Position numbers and translations under genes: made by a program | Part shown: piece after piece, positions 1 to 11,981 of the stretch | Numbering within the stretch: the first letter of the stretch is position 1 | Layout of the letters: the number at the start of each line of letters is the position of its first letter | Source: Squalus acanthias | Taxonomy: Eukaryota | Reading direction: 5' to 3' | Length of the DNA: 64,000 nucleotides | Assembly (NCBI GenBank): GCA_030390025.1 | Contig: JASTWF010000033.1 | Location: 3,846,001 to 3,910,000 of the forward strand | The notes under the pieces: generated by a model | What the model saw: only the letters and a program-made list of their open reading frames with translations | Told to the model about the DNA's origin: nothing | Database searches by the model: none

Positions 1-868
1 TATGATTTGGACTGGTTGGGTGATTGGGCAGATGCATGGCAAATGCAGTATAATGTGGATAAATGCGAGGTAATCCACTTCAGTGGCAAAAACAGGAAGG
101 CAGATTATTTTCTGAACGGCAATAGATTGGTAAAAGGGGAAGTGCAACGAGACCTGGGTGTCCTTGTGCACCAGTCGCTGAAGGTAAGCATTTAGCTGCA
201 GCAGGCGGTTAAGAAGGCAAATGGTATGTTGGCCTTCATAGCGAGACGATTCGAGTACAGGAACAAGGATGTCTTGCTGCAGTTGTACAGGGCCTTGGTG
301 AGACCACACCTTGAGTTTTGTGTGTAGTCTTGTTCGCCTTATCTGAGGAAGGATGTTCTTGTCATGGAGAGAGTGCAGCGAAGCTTTACCAGACTGATAC
401 CTGCGATGGCAGGAATGACATATGAGGAGAGATTGGCTCGATTAGGCTTATACTCGCTGGAGTTTAGAGAATGAGAGGGGATCTCATTGAAACTTATACA
501 ATTCCAACAGGATTAGACAGACTAGATGCAGGAAGGATGTTCCCGATGGCGGAGGATTCCAGAACCAGGGGTCACAGACTAAGGATAAGATGTAAGCCAT
601 TTAGGACTGAGATGAGGAGGAATTTCTTCACCCAGAGAGTGGTGAACCTGTGGAATTCTCTGCCATAGAAGGTAGTAGAAGTCAATTCATTAAATATATT
701 CAAGAAGGAGCTAGATATATTTCATAAGGCTAAAGGAATCAAGGGATATGGGGAGAAGGCAGGGACCGGGTACTGAATTTGGATGATCAGCCATGATCTC
801 ATTCAATGGCGGAGCAGGCTCGACGGGCCGAATGGCCTACTCCTGCTGCTATCCTCTTTGTTTCTATG
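1..868 (+). mobile_element. CR1 (HER1-like) LINE, 3' part of ORF2 plus 3' UTR, decayed
   Basis: ORFs 7..195 (WQMQYNVDKCEVIHF) and 471..668 (MRGDLIETY...RTRGH...FFTQRVVNLWNSLP) are CR1 ORF2 C-terminal motifs; ends in the gggccgaatggcctactcctgct...tttctatg tail. Confidence 0.93.
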
Positions 869-1079
869 AACCAGTGAACATGGGGAGTAAGGGGAACACG
901 GTAATTGTTTAGTTAGATATAGCGGACAGGACCATTATGGGGAACACAACAACTGTTTAAATAGAAATAGAGGACTTGGAAATTTAGCGGAACAGAGTAA
1001 CTGTTTATTTGGAAATAGAGAATGGGGAAGAAAGAGGAACAGGGCAACTTTCCAATTAGAAATAGAGGACAGAAATAGA

Positions 1080-3713
1080 GGTCTTCAAATATCCTAATAT
1101 ATACTGGGATAGAAATCTTGTAAAGGGCAGAGAGGGGAAGCAATTTCTGAAGTGTGTTCAGGAGACCTTTCTTGATTAGTATGTTTCCGGCCCAACGAGG
1201 AAGGGGAGATTGCTAAATCTGCTTCTGGGGGATGAGGTGGGTCAAGTGGAGCAATTTCTGTAGGGGAACATTTAGGGAACAGTGATCATAGAATCATAAG
1301 GTTTAGATTAGCTATTAAAAAAGGACAGGGAGCAATCTAGAATAAAAATAGTTATTTGGAGGAAGGCCAATTTCAGTGGTTTGAGAACTGATCTGGCCTG
1401 GGTAAATTGGAATCAAAGATTGGCAGGCAAAACTGCAATTGAACAAGGGGCTGCCTTTAAAGAGGAAATGGTTTGGGTACTGCCGAGGTACTTTCCCACA
1501 AGGGGGAACGGTAGGGCAACAAAAGCCAGAGCTCCCTGGATGATGAAAGAGATGGAGAATAAGATGAAGGAGGAAAAGGGGGAGTATGGCAGATGTCTGG
1601 TTGAGAATACAAGTGAGAACCAGGCTGAATATAGAAAGTTCAGAGTTGAAGTGAAAAAGGAAATAAGAGGGGAAAAGAGAGTAGGAAAATAGACTGACAG
1701 CTAACATAAAATGCAATCCAAAAGTCTTATATATGCATATAAATAATAAACGGGTACTAAGAGGAGGGGTAGGACCGTTTAGGGAGCAAAAGGGAGACCT
1801 ACGCATGGAAGCAGAGGGCATGGCTGAGGTACTAAATAGATACACTGCATCTGTCTTTACCAAGGAAGGAATGCTGCCAAAGTCATAATGAATGAGGAGT
1901 TAGATGAGATACTGGATGGGATAAAAATAGGTAAAGAGGAGGTAGTAGAATGGCTAGCAGTACTTAAAGTAGATAAGTCACCAGGACGGGATGGGATGCA
2001 TCCTAGGATACTGAGGGAGGTAATGGTGGAAATTTAGGAGGTACTGGCCATAATCTTCCAATTCCCTTTGGATACAAGGGTGATGCCAGAGGAAAGGAGA
2101 ATTGCAAAGGTTACACCCTTGATCCCAAAATTTCTGGAAGGATAAACCCAGCAACTACAGACCAGCCAGTTTAACCCCGATAGTGGGGAAGCTTTTAGAA
2201 ACGATAATCCTGGACATAAGTAACAGTCACTTGGACAATTCTGGATTAACTAAGGAAAGTCAGCACGGATTTGTCAAAGGCAAATCGTGTTTAACTAACT
2301 TGATTAGTTTTTTGATGAGCTAACAGAGAGGGTTGATGAGGGCAATGCGGTTGATGTGGGATACATGGACTTCCAGAAGGCGTTTGATAAAGTACCAGAT
2401 AATAGGATTGCCAGAAAGTTGAAGCCCATGGAATAAAAGGGACAGTGGCAGCATGGTACGAAATTGGCTAAGTGACAGTACACAGAGAGTAATGGTGAGC
2501 GGTTGTTTTTCAGACTGGAGGAAAGTATGCAGTGGTGTTCCCCAGGGGTCCTTACTAGGATCACTGCTTTACTTGATATATATTAACGACTTGGACTTGG
2601 GTGTACAGGGAACAATTGCAAAATTTGCAGGTAACACAAAACTTGGAAGTATAGTGAACAGTGAGGAGGAGAGTGATAGTCTTCAAGAGGACATAGATAG
2701 GCTGACTGAATCGGTGGACACCTGGCAGATGAAATTTAATGCAGAAATATGCGAATGATACATTTCGGTAGGAAGAATGAAAAGAGGCAATATAAACTAA
2801 AGGGTACAGTTCTGAAGGGGTTGCATGAACAGAGGAACCTGGGGGTATATGTGCACAAATCGTTGAAGGTGGCAGGGTAGGGTTGGGAAAGCAGGATCCT
2901 GGGCTTCATAAATTTTAATTTAGTGGTCTGCAATTGTAAGGTACACATGCTTTGTTCTCTATCTATATATGCTTTGGCGATTCTGTATCTAATTTACTTC
3001 ACCTGAGAAAGGGGCAATCGATAGCTCCGAAAGCTTGTGATTTCAAATAAAACTGTTGGACTATAACCTGGTGTTGTGCGACCTCTCAATTTCATAAATA
3101 GAGGCATAGAGTAGAAAAGCACGGAAGTTATGATGAACCTTTACAAAACATTATTTCGGTCTCAACTGCAGCATTGTGTCCAATTCATGGCACCACACTT
3201 TAGGACGGATGTGAAGACCTCAGTGAGGATGCTGAAAAGATTTACAAGAATGGTTCCAGGTATGAGGGACTTCAGTTACATGGATAGACTGGAGAAGCTT
3301 GGGTTGTTCTCCTTAAAGCAGTGAAGTTTGAGAGACGATTTGATAGAGGTGTTCAAAATCATGAGGTGTATAGTCAGAGTAGAGAGAGCGAAACTGTTCC
3401 CATTGGCGGAAGGGTCGCGAACCAGAGGACACAGATTTAAGGTGATTGGCAGAAGAACCAAAGACGACATTTGGAAAAAAAAATTATGGAACGAGTGGTT
3501 ATGATCTGGAATGCCCTGCCTGAAAAGGTGGTGGAGACAGATTCAATCATGGCTTTCCAAAGGGAATTGGATAAGTACGTGAAGGAAAAATGATCAGGGC
3601 TTCGGGGACAGGGAAGTGGAGTGGATCTAGTTGAAGTTCTCTTGCAGAGAGCTGGCACGGGCCCGACGGGCCGAATGGCCTCCTTCTATGCGGTAAATTT
3701 ATATAATTTTATT
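1080..3713 (+). mobile_element. CR1 LINE, 5'-truncated (endonuclease end, RT, 3' UTR), with stops and frameshifts
   Basis: GVPQGS..G..L..IYINDL..G....I.KFA motif in ORF 2453..2758, QHGFVKGKSCLTNL-type sequence near 2260, tail gggccgaatggcctccttct near 3668; interrupted at 2914-3090. Confidence 0.92.
2914..3090 (+). mobile_element. Short Penelope-like terminal-repeat insert with hammerhead-type motif
   Basis: Flanked by the direct repeat ttcataaat (2905-2913 and 3091-3099); contains tcac-CTGAGAA-aggggc..gctcc-GAAA-gctt-gtga, then aataaa and ctgttggactataacctggtgttgtg; second copy at 62375-62472. Confidence 0.8.
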
Positions 3714-3945
3714 ATTGTCCTTTACAATGGAATAGCACTTTACAATGGAATAGATCTTTTCAATATAATAATACTTTGCAATTTAACAGCACTTCGCAAT
3801 ATAACAGTCATTTGCAATGAAATAGCACTTTGCAATGGAATAGTCCTTTGCAATGGAATAGCACTTTGCAATATAATAGTCCTTTGCAACAGAATAGTCC
3901 TTGGCAATGGAATAGCACTTTGCAGTATAATTGCGCTTTGCGGTG
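3714..3945. repeat. 18-bp minisatellite, unit about tttgcaatggaatagcac, roughly 12-13 copies
   Basis: Direct periodicity; 6-aa period (IALCNG) in ORF 3621..3953. Confidence 0.92.
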
Positions 3946-5049
3946 GACTGTGATTTTAAATGGGCTCCACTTGTGTTGCAGGATGGGGTCCCGCCCCGCT
4001 GCTTTGTGCCATTGTCTGGAGCCGCTCACAGGCAGTGCTGCTGCTCACACATACCCAGGCAGGCAGCACATGTTGCAGGGAGGAAGGAAGGAAGGAATGG
4101 AGGCTGCAGCTCGCCAGCTCGGCTCCTGTGTATGAGTGAGCTAATGTGGAGCTCAGGACCAAAAGGGGCTGGGGGATTGGAGGGGGTGAAATGCATGTAG
4201 GGGGTGATTGACGCCCCAAGAGATGGGCATGGAGGGAGGGTGAAAAGAAGCAAATACAATCAAGAATAAATAATAATAATAACATATGTTATTTACTTCT
4301 GTAAATGAAATGTCTGCATTCGGTGATTTGAGTGAAGTGGAATAAAATGAATGGAAAGATCCCACAGCAGTTTTTGCTCTGAAAACACTCGACAAACATT
4401 CTCCAATAGAGCCCAGTCCATAAAAACATCAAATTGATTATTCTGAAAATAATAATAAAATAAATATAATATATATGTACTTTGTTTTTACAAAAGTATT
4501 GTCTTGTCTTAGTTGGTTTGGGAATTGAAGGGAGAGTAAGGTCCCACAGCAGGATATGCTCTGACACTTCCCACAAACATTCCTAGATAAAGTCCAGTCC
4601 AGGATAAATCAAATGGCTTTTTGTATATATGTAGCTTTGATTTTTACAAGTCTTGAAAGAAACACAAAGTAAGATCCCACAGCAGTGCAGTCTGGAAAGA
4701 AATCAGTATGATCTAATCGTGTATACTTTCTGTTTTTTCAGACATGAGATGCAGTACCAATGCACACTGCAGATAACTTGAACACAGACAAGCCCTGCAT
4801 ACACACCAGCTTTTGCTCTCTGTCTCTCTCTCTCACACACACATACACACACAAACACAGGCTAGCCTGCAAAATTGACACACAATACTGTCAGCAATGA
4901 AAGAAAATTGATTTCTGTCATTGATCTGCTGTGTTTGGCAGTTTAAAAGTAAAAACACATTTTCAGTATCTTATCTTTTCATTTTACGGCCTACAGAATT
5001 GGGCTTTCTAATCTGCATCAAAAGCAAAATACCGCGGATGCTGAAAATC

Positions 5050-5267
5050 TGAAATTAAAACAGAAAATGCTGCAAATACTCAGCAGGTCAGGCAGCATCT
5101 GTGGAGAGAGAGAGAAACAGAGTTAATTCAGCTCGATGATCTTTCGTCAGATTCTGGCAAGGTTCTGACGACAGGTCATCGAACTGAAACATTAACTATG
5201 CTTCTCCCTCTCTCCACAGACGCTGCCTGACCTGCTGAGTATTTCCAGCATTTTCTGTTTTGATTTC
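5050..5267. repeat. Penelope-derived inverted repeat (hairpin) with hammerhead-like motif on each strand, unit 1
   Basis: Arm aaaacagaaaatgctg..cagcaggtcaggcagcatctgtggagaga..ctttcgtcaga, ~12-nt spacer, then its reverse complement beginning tCTGACGA..GAAAC at 5165. Confidence 0.85.
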
Positions 5268-5450
5268 TATTCTGCCTGTTTTCTTAATTTCATGTGTCTC
5301 TCTCATTGCCTGCCTGCCTTGTCTTGATTTGAGTGGCGTGGAATAAAAAGAATGCAAAAATCCCAGAGCAGCTTTTACTGTCATACAGTCCACAAAGACA
5401 TTTTTCACTATCTCTCTGCCTGACTGTCTGTCTTGAAGTGAAGTGAAATA

Positions 5451-5721
5451 AACATAGAAACATAGAATCTAGGAGCAGGAGTAGACCATTCGGCCCGTCG
5501 AGCCTGCTCCACCATTCAATACGATCATGGCAGATCATCCAAGTCCAGTACCCTGTCCCTGCTTTAATCCCCACAGTACACATATCCCACCCTACCCCCG
5601 TAACCCCACGTATTTAATTCCCCCTAACATATCCTATCCTATCCCCATAACCCCACATATTTAATCCCCCCCTAACACTAAGGGTCAATTTATCATAGCC
5701 AAATCAAGCTAACCCGCACAT
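5451..5721 (-). mobile_element. 5'-truncated HE1-type V-SINE
   Basis: Reverse complement matches the 3' half of the full copy at 55189-55633, including the CR1-type tail; absent from the other array units. Confidence 0.88.
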
Positions 5722-7285
5722 TAAAGTGCAATAAAGTGATACGCAACAGCATTACATGTGGACCAGGCAAGAATGAAATTAATAGGGTTTAATACAACAA
5801 CAGCAGATAATAAGACAGCCGACCACATCTCTCACAAACATCAGCTTTTGCCCTCCCTCTCTCTTTCTCTCTTTCACACACACACACACACACACCCTGG
5901 CCAGCCTGCAGAATGATGACGGCCATGTTGGAAAATTAAAACCAAAAATACACTTGTCTGTATCTTATCATTTCTCTTTGTGGCCTACAGAAACAGGCTT
6001 TCTATTCTGCATTTTGCCTTTTGATTTCATGCCTCGCTCTCTCACTGGCTATCTGTCTGTCTGTCTCTCACTCACACACTCTCCCTCCCATCCAGAGTGA
6101 ACTGAAACTAACAGTGACATGACACACAGACACACACAGACTCTGCAATTTGCAGAAACACAGACACCCAAGCACACTCAGACACACTCACACAGACTCT
6201 GCAATTTGCAGAAACACAGACACTGATGCACATATAGACAAACTCACACAGACTCTGACATTTGCAGACACACAGACACCCACTCACATACAGATACACT
6301 CACACAGACTCTGCAATTTGCAGAAACTCACACTCACACACACACTTCCAATTTGAAAAGGGTGCAGCCTGGGAGTCTCGATTTTTGATGATGTCCCTTC
6401 CTGGCTGTGTGACCATGTTTGATGAGGATAATCCGACAGGAAGAAGTGAAGCCGAGGCCCCAGAAATCCGGGTCCCCGAGAGGAAATGAAAGCCCGGGAG
6501 GGTGAAAAGAAGTAAATACAATCAGGACTAAACAATAATATATATACTTTACTTCTGTTAACTAAATATCTGCCTGTCTGTGGTTTGCCTGGAGTGTAAT
6601 AAAATGAATGGAAACATCGCACAGCAGCATTTGCTCTGAAAACATCCCAAGCACATTCCCCAATAAAGCCCAGTGCAGAAAAAAATCAAATGGATTATTC
6701 TGAAAATAATTTAAAAAATATTAAAGATACTCTTTCTTTAACAAATTTCTTCTCTTGTTTGAGTTGTGCTGAAGGGGAGAGTAAGATCCCACAGCAGGAT
6801 GTGCCATGAAACACTCCACAAACATTCCACTATAAAGTCCAGACCTGAAAAATATCAAATGGCTTGATGTATATATGCAGATTTGCTTTTTACAAAATGT
6901 TTGTAATAAAGGCAAAGTAAGATCCCACAACAGTGCAGTCTGGAATTAAATCAGTATGATCTAATGGAGTATACTTTCTGTTTTTTTCAGACATGAGATG
7001 CAATACCAATGCACATGGCAGATAACTTGAACACAGACAAGCCCTGCATGCACACCAGCTTTTGTTGCTTGTCTCTCTCTCTCACACACACACAGGCCAG
7101 CCTTAATATTGCCACAAATCACTGTCAGCAATGAAAGAAAGTGGATTTCTATCATTGTTCTGCTCTGTTTAGCAGTTTAAAAGCAAAAAGGCAGTTTTCA
7201 GTATTTTATCGTTTCAGTTTGCGGCCTACAAAAACAGGCTTTCTATTCTGCATCAAAAACAAATGCTGTGGATGTGGGAAATCTG

Positions 7286-7506
7286 CAATAAAATCAGAAA
7301 GTTTTGGAAATACTCAGCAGGTAAGGCAGCATCTGTGGAGAGAGAGAGAGAAACAGAGTTAATGTTTCAGCTCGATTACCTTTTGTCAGATTCTGGCAAG
7401 GTTCTGACGAAAGGTCATCGAGCTGAAACATTTACTCTGTTTCTCTGTATCTCCACTGATGCTGCCTAAACAAATGAGTATTTCCAGCATTTTCTGTTTT
7501 TATTTC
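7286..7506. repeat. Penelope-derived hairpin with hammerhead-like motif, unit 2
   Basis: Same inverted arms; ggtt-CTGACGA-aaggtcatcgagct-GAAAC at 7404. Confidence 0.85.
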
Positions 7507-9083
7507 TATTCTGCATGTTGTCTTGATTTCATGTGTCTCTCTCACTGCCAGCCTGCCTGTCCGCCTTGTCTTGATTTGAGTAGTGTGGAAAAAAAGAATG
7601 CAAAGATCCCAGAGCAGCTTTTATTGTCAGATAGTCCACAAAGACATTTTTCAGTATCTGACTGACTGGTTGTCTGTCTCGAAGTGAAGTGAAATGAAAT
7701 AAAGTGCAGTAAAGTGATACACAGCAGCATTACATGTGGACCAGGCCAGAATGAAATCAATAGTGTTTAATACAACGACAACAGGTAATGAGACAGCAAA
7801 CCACATCTCACACAAACACCAGCTTTTGCCCTCTCTGTCTCTCTCACACACACACTCACAGCCTGGCCAGCCTGCAGAGGGATGACTGCTGTGTTGGAAG
7901 ATTAAAAACAAAAAGAGACTTTTCAGTATCTTATCTTTTCACTTTGTGGCCTACAGAAACAGACTTTCTATTCTGCTACTTGCCATTTCATTTCATGTCT
8001 CTCTCACTCTCACTGACTGTCTGTCTGTCACTCACACAGTCTCCCTTCCACCCACATAGAACTAAAATTTACAGTAACATGACAGACAGAGTCACACACA
8101 CTCTGCAATTTGCAGACACACAGACTCCCATGCACATACAGACACACTCACACATTCATTTTGAAAGGGGTGCAGCCTGGTAGTGTCAATTTTTGATGAT
8201 GTCCCTTCCTGGCTGTGCGGCCATGTTCGATGAGGGCAATCCAACAGGAAGATGTGAAGCCGAGGCCACAGAAATCCGGGTCCCCGAGAGGAAATGAAAG
8301 CCCAGGAGGGTGAAAAGATGTAAAAACAATCAGGATTAAATAATAATACATATACATTACATTTGATAATTAAATGTCTGCCTGTCTGTGGTTTGCCTCG
8401 GGTGTAATAAAATGAATGGAAAGCTCGCACAACAGCTTTTGCTCTGAAAACAATCCCAATAAAGCCCAGACCAGAAAAAATCAAATGGGTTATTCTGAAA
8501 ATAATTTTAAAAATATAACATATATGGGTTTTTTTTCAAAATCTTCTCTTGTTTGTGTTGGGATGAAGGGGAGAGTAAGATCCCACAACAGGATATGTCA
8601 TGAAACACTCCACAAACATTCCCCTTTAAAGTCCAGTCCAGAAAAGTATCAACTGACTTGATGTATATATGCAGATTTGCCTTTTACAAAATTCTGGAAA
8701 GAAAGGCAGAGTAAGATCCCACTGCATTGCAGCCTGGAAGGAAATCAGTATGATCTAATGGATTATACTTTCTGCTTTTTTCAGACATGAGACACAGTAC
8801 CAATGCACACGGCAGATAACTTGAACACAGACAAGCCCTGCATACACACCAGCTTTTGCTGTCTGTCTCTCTCTCTCTTACACAAACACACAGGCCAGCC
8901 TTAAAATTGCCACAAATCACTGTCAGCAATGAAAGAAAGTTGATTTCTATCATTGCTCTGCTCTGTTTGGCAGTTTAAAAGCAAACAGACCGTTTTCTGT
9001 ATTTTACCTTTTCATTTTGCGGCCAACAGAAACAGGCTTTCTAATCTGCATCAAAAGCAAATGCTGTGGTAGTGGGAAATCTG

Positions 9084-9301
9084 AAATAAAATCAGAAAAT
9101 GTTGGAAATACTCAGCAGGTAAGGCAGCATTGGTGGAGAGAGAGAGAAACATAGTTAATGTTCCAGCTCGATTACTTTTGTCAGATTCTGGCAAGGTTCT
9201 GACGAAAGGTCACCGAGCTGAAACATTTAGTCTGTTTCTCTGTAGCTCCACTGATGCTGCCTGACATACTGAGTATTTCCAGCATTTTATGTTCTTATTT
9301 C
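9084..9301. repeat. Penelope-derived hairpin with hammerhead-like motif, unit 3
   Basis: CTGACGA-aaggtcaccgagct-GAAAC at 9199 with inverted arm upstream. Confidence 0.85.
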
Positions 9302-10924
9302 TATTCTGCATGTTGTCTTGATTTCATGTGTCTCGCTCACTGCTTGCCAGCCTGCATCCTTGTCTTGAATTGAGTAGAGTGGAATAAAAGGAATGCATAA
9401 AGCCCAGAGACAGACTGTCCACAAAGACATTTTTCAGCATCTCACTGACTTACTGTCTGTCTTGAAGTGAAGTGAAATTAAATAAAGTGCAATAAAGTGA
9501 TACACAACAGCATTACATGTGGACCAGGCCAGAATGAAATCAATAGGGTTTAATATAACAACAGCAGGTAATAAGACAGCAGACCACATCTCACACAAAC
9601 ACCAGCTTTTGCCCTCTCTCTCTCTCACACACACACACACTCTCAGCCTGGCCAGCCTGCAGAGGGGTGACTGCCGTGTTGGAAGATTAAAACCAAAAAG
9701 ACACTTTTCAGTATCTTATCTTTTCACTTTGCTGTCTACAGAAACAGGCTTTCTATTCTGCTACTTGCCTTTTGATTTCATGTCTCTCTCTCTCTCACTG
9801 ACTGTCTGTCTGTCTCTCACTCACACAATCTTAATCCCTCCCCTCTTGAACTAAAATTTACAGTAACATGACAAACACACTCACACAGACTCTGAAATTT
9901 GCAGAAACACAGACACCCACACACATACAGACTCACTCACACAGACTCTGCAATTTGCAGAAACTCACACACACACATTTTATTTGCAAGATTTGCAGCC
10001 TGGGACTGTCAATTTTTGATGATGTCCCTTCCTGGTTGACCGGCCATGTTTGATGAGGACAATCAAACAGGAAGAAGTGAACCGAGGCCCCAGAAATCCG
10101 GGTCCCCGAGAGGAAATTAAAGCCCGGGAGGATGAAAAGAAATAAATACAATCAGGAATAACTAAAAAAATATATACTTTACTTCTGTTAACTAAATGTC
10201 TGCCTGTCTGTGGTTTGCCTGGAGTGTAATAAAATGAATGGAAAGATCGCACAGCAGCTTTTGCTCTGAAAAGATCCCAAGCACATTCCCCAATAAAGCC
10301 CAGTCCAGAAAAAAATCAAATGGATTATTCTGAAAATAAATTTAAAAATATTATACAGATATATTTTTTTTAAAAGGTCTCGTCTTGTTTGGGTTGGGCT
10401 GAAGGTGAGATTAAGATCCCACAACAGGAAATGCCATGAAACAATCCACAAACATTCCCCTATAAAGTCCAGACCAGAAAAATATCAAATGGCTTGATGT
10501 ATATATGTAGCCTTGCTTTTTACAAAATTCTTGAAAGAAAAGCAAAGTAATTTCCCAGAGCAGTGCAGTCTGGAAGGAAATCAGTATGATCTAATGGTAT
10601 ATATTTTCAGTTTTTTTCAGACATGAGATGCAGTAACAATACACATGGCAGATAACTTGAACACAGACAAGCCCGGGATACACAGTTTTTGCTGTCTGTC
10701 TCTCTCTCTCTCTCACAAACAAACATGTACATACAAGCCAGCCTGCAAAATTGCCACAAATCACTGTCAGCAATGAAAGAAAGTTGATTTCTATCATTGC
10801 TCTGCTCTGTTTGGCAGTTTAAAAGCAAACAGACAGTTTTCAGTATTTTATCTTTTCAGTTGTCGGCCTACAGAAACAGGCATTCTATTCTACATCAAAA
10901 GCAAATGCTGTGGATGTGGAAATC

Positions 10925-11146
10925 TGAAATAAAATTTGCAAATGCTGGAAATACTGAGCAAATAAGGCAGCATCTGTCGAGAGAGAGAGAAACAGAGTTA
11001 ATGTTTCAGCTCGATTACCTTTTGTCAGATTCTGGCAAGGTTCTGACGAAAGGTCAGCGAGCTGAAACATTTACTCTGTTTCTCTGTATCTCAACTGATG
11101 CCGCCTAACCTACTGAGTATTTCCAGCATTTTCTGTTTTTATTTCT
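10925..11146. repeat. Penelope-derived hairpin with hammerhead-like motif, unit 4
   Basis: CTGACGA-aaggtcagcgagct-GAAAC at 11043 with inverted arm upstream. Confidence 0.85.
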
Positions 11147-11981
11147 ATTCTGCATGTTGTCTTGATTTCATGTGTCTCTCTCACTTCCTGCCAGCCTGCC
11201 TGCCTTGTCTTGATTTGAGTAGAGTGGAATAAAAAGAATGCAAAGATCCCAGTGCAGCTTTTATTGTCAGACAGTCCAGAAAGACATTTTTCAGTATCTC
11301 ACTGACTTACTGTCTGTCTTGAATTGAAGTGAAATTAAATAAAATGCAATAAAGTGATACACAACAGCATTACATGTGGACCAGGCCAGAATGAAATCAA
11401 CAGGGTTTAACACAACAACAGCAGGTAATAAGGCAGCTACAACATCTCACACAAACACCAGCTTTTGCCCTCTCTCTCTCACACACACACTCACAGCCTG
11501 GCCAGCCTGCAGAGGGATGACTGCCATGTTGGAAGATAAATATCAAAAAGACACGTTTCAGTATCTTATCTTTTCACTTTGTGGCCTACAGAAACAAGCT
11601 TTCTATTCGGCAACTTGCATGTTGATTTCATGTCTCTCTCACTCTCACTCTTACTGACTGTCTGTCTGTCTGCCACTCACACAGACACCCTCCCACCCAC
11701 ATTGAAATAACATTTACAGTAACATGACACACACATTCTGACAGACACTGCAATTTGCAGAAATAGACACACCCACATTTAATTTGAAAGGGGTGCTGCC
11801 TGGAGTGTCAGTTTTTGATGATGTCCCTTCCTGGTTGTGCGTCCATGTTTGATGAGGTCAATCAAACAGGAAGAAGTGAAGTCGAGGCTACAGAAATCCG
11901 GGTCCCCGAGAGGAAATGAATGCCCGGCGGGTGAAAAGAATTAAATACAATCAAGAATAAATAATAATATATATACTTTAC

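Larger units (their letters stand above)
4236..11981. repeat. Tandem macro-repeat of ~1.8-kb units (4 complete, start of a 5th)
   Basis: Anchor g(g/a)tgaaaaga recurs at about 4240, 6501, 8310, 10131 and 11930, and internal blocks recur in the same order; unit 1 is longer because of a SINE and extra CA-rich repeats. Confidence 0.95.

Noticed and set aside
3621..4135. Cys/Asn-rich repeat ORFs (IALCNG, LQWNS)
   Set aside because: Product of the 18-bp minisatellite and a CR1 tail.
6385..6505. Possible C/D snoRNA, extra hammerhead (tgatgaggataatccgac) or short peptide in the array cassette
   Set aside because: No properly placed D box; the hammerhead-like stem is absent in the other units; the peptide frame is broken in unit copies near 10080 and 11930.
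4236..11981. Shark Ig/TCR cluster with recombination signal sequences (cacag motifs)
   Set aside because: No CACAGTG plus 12/23-spaced nonamer and no V, J or C coding segments found.
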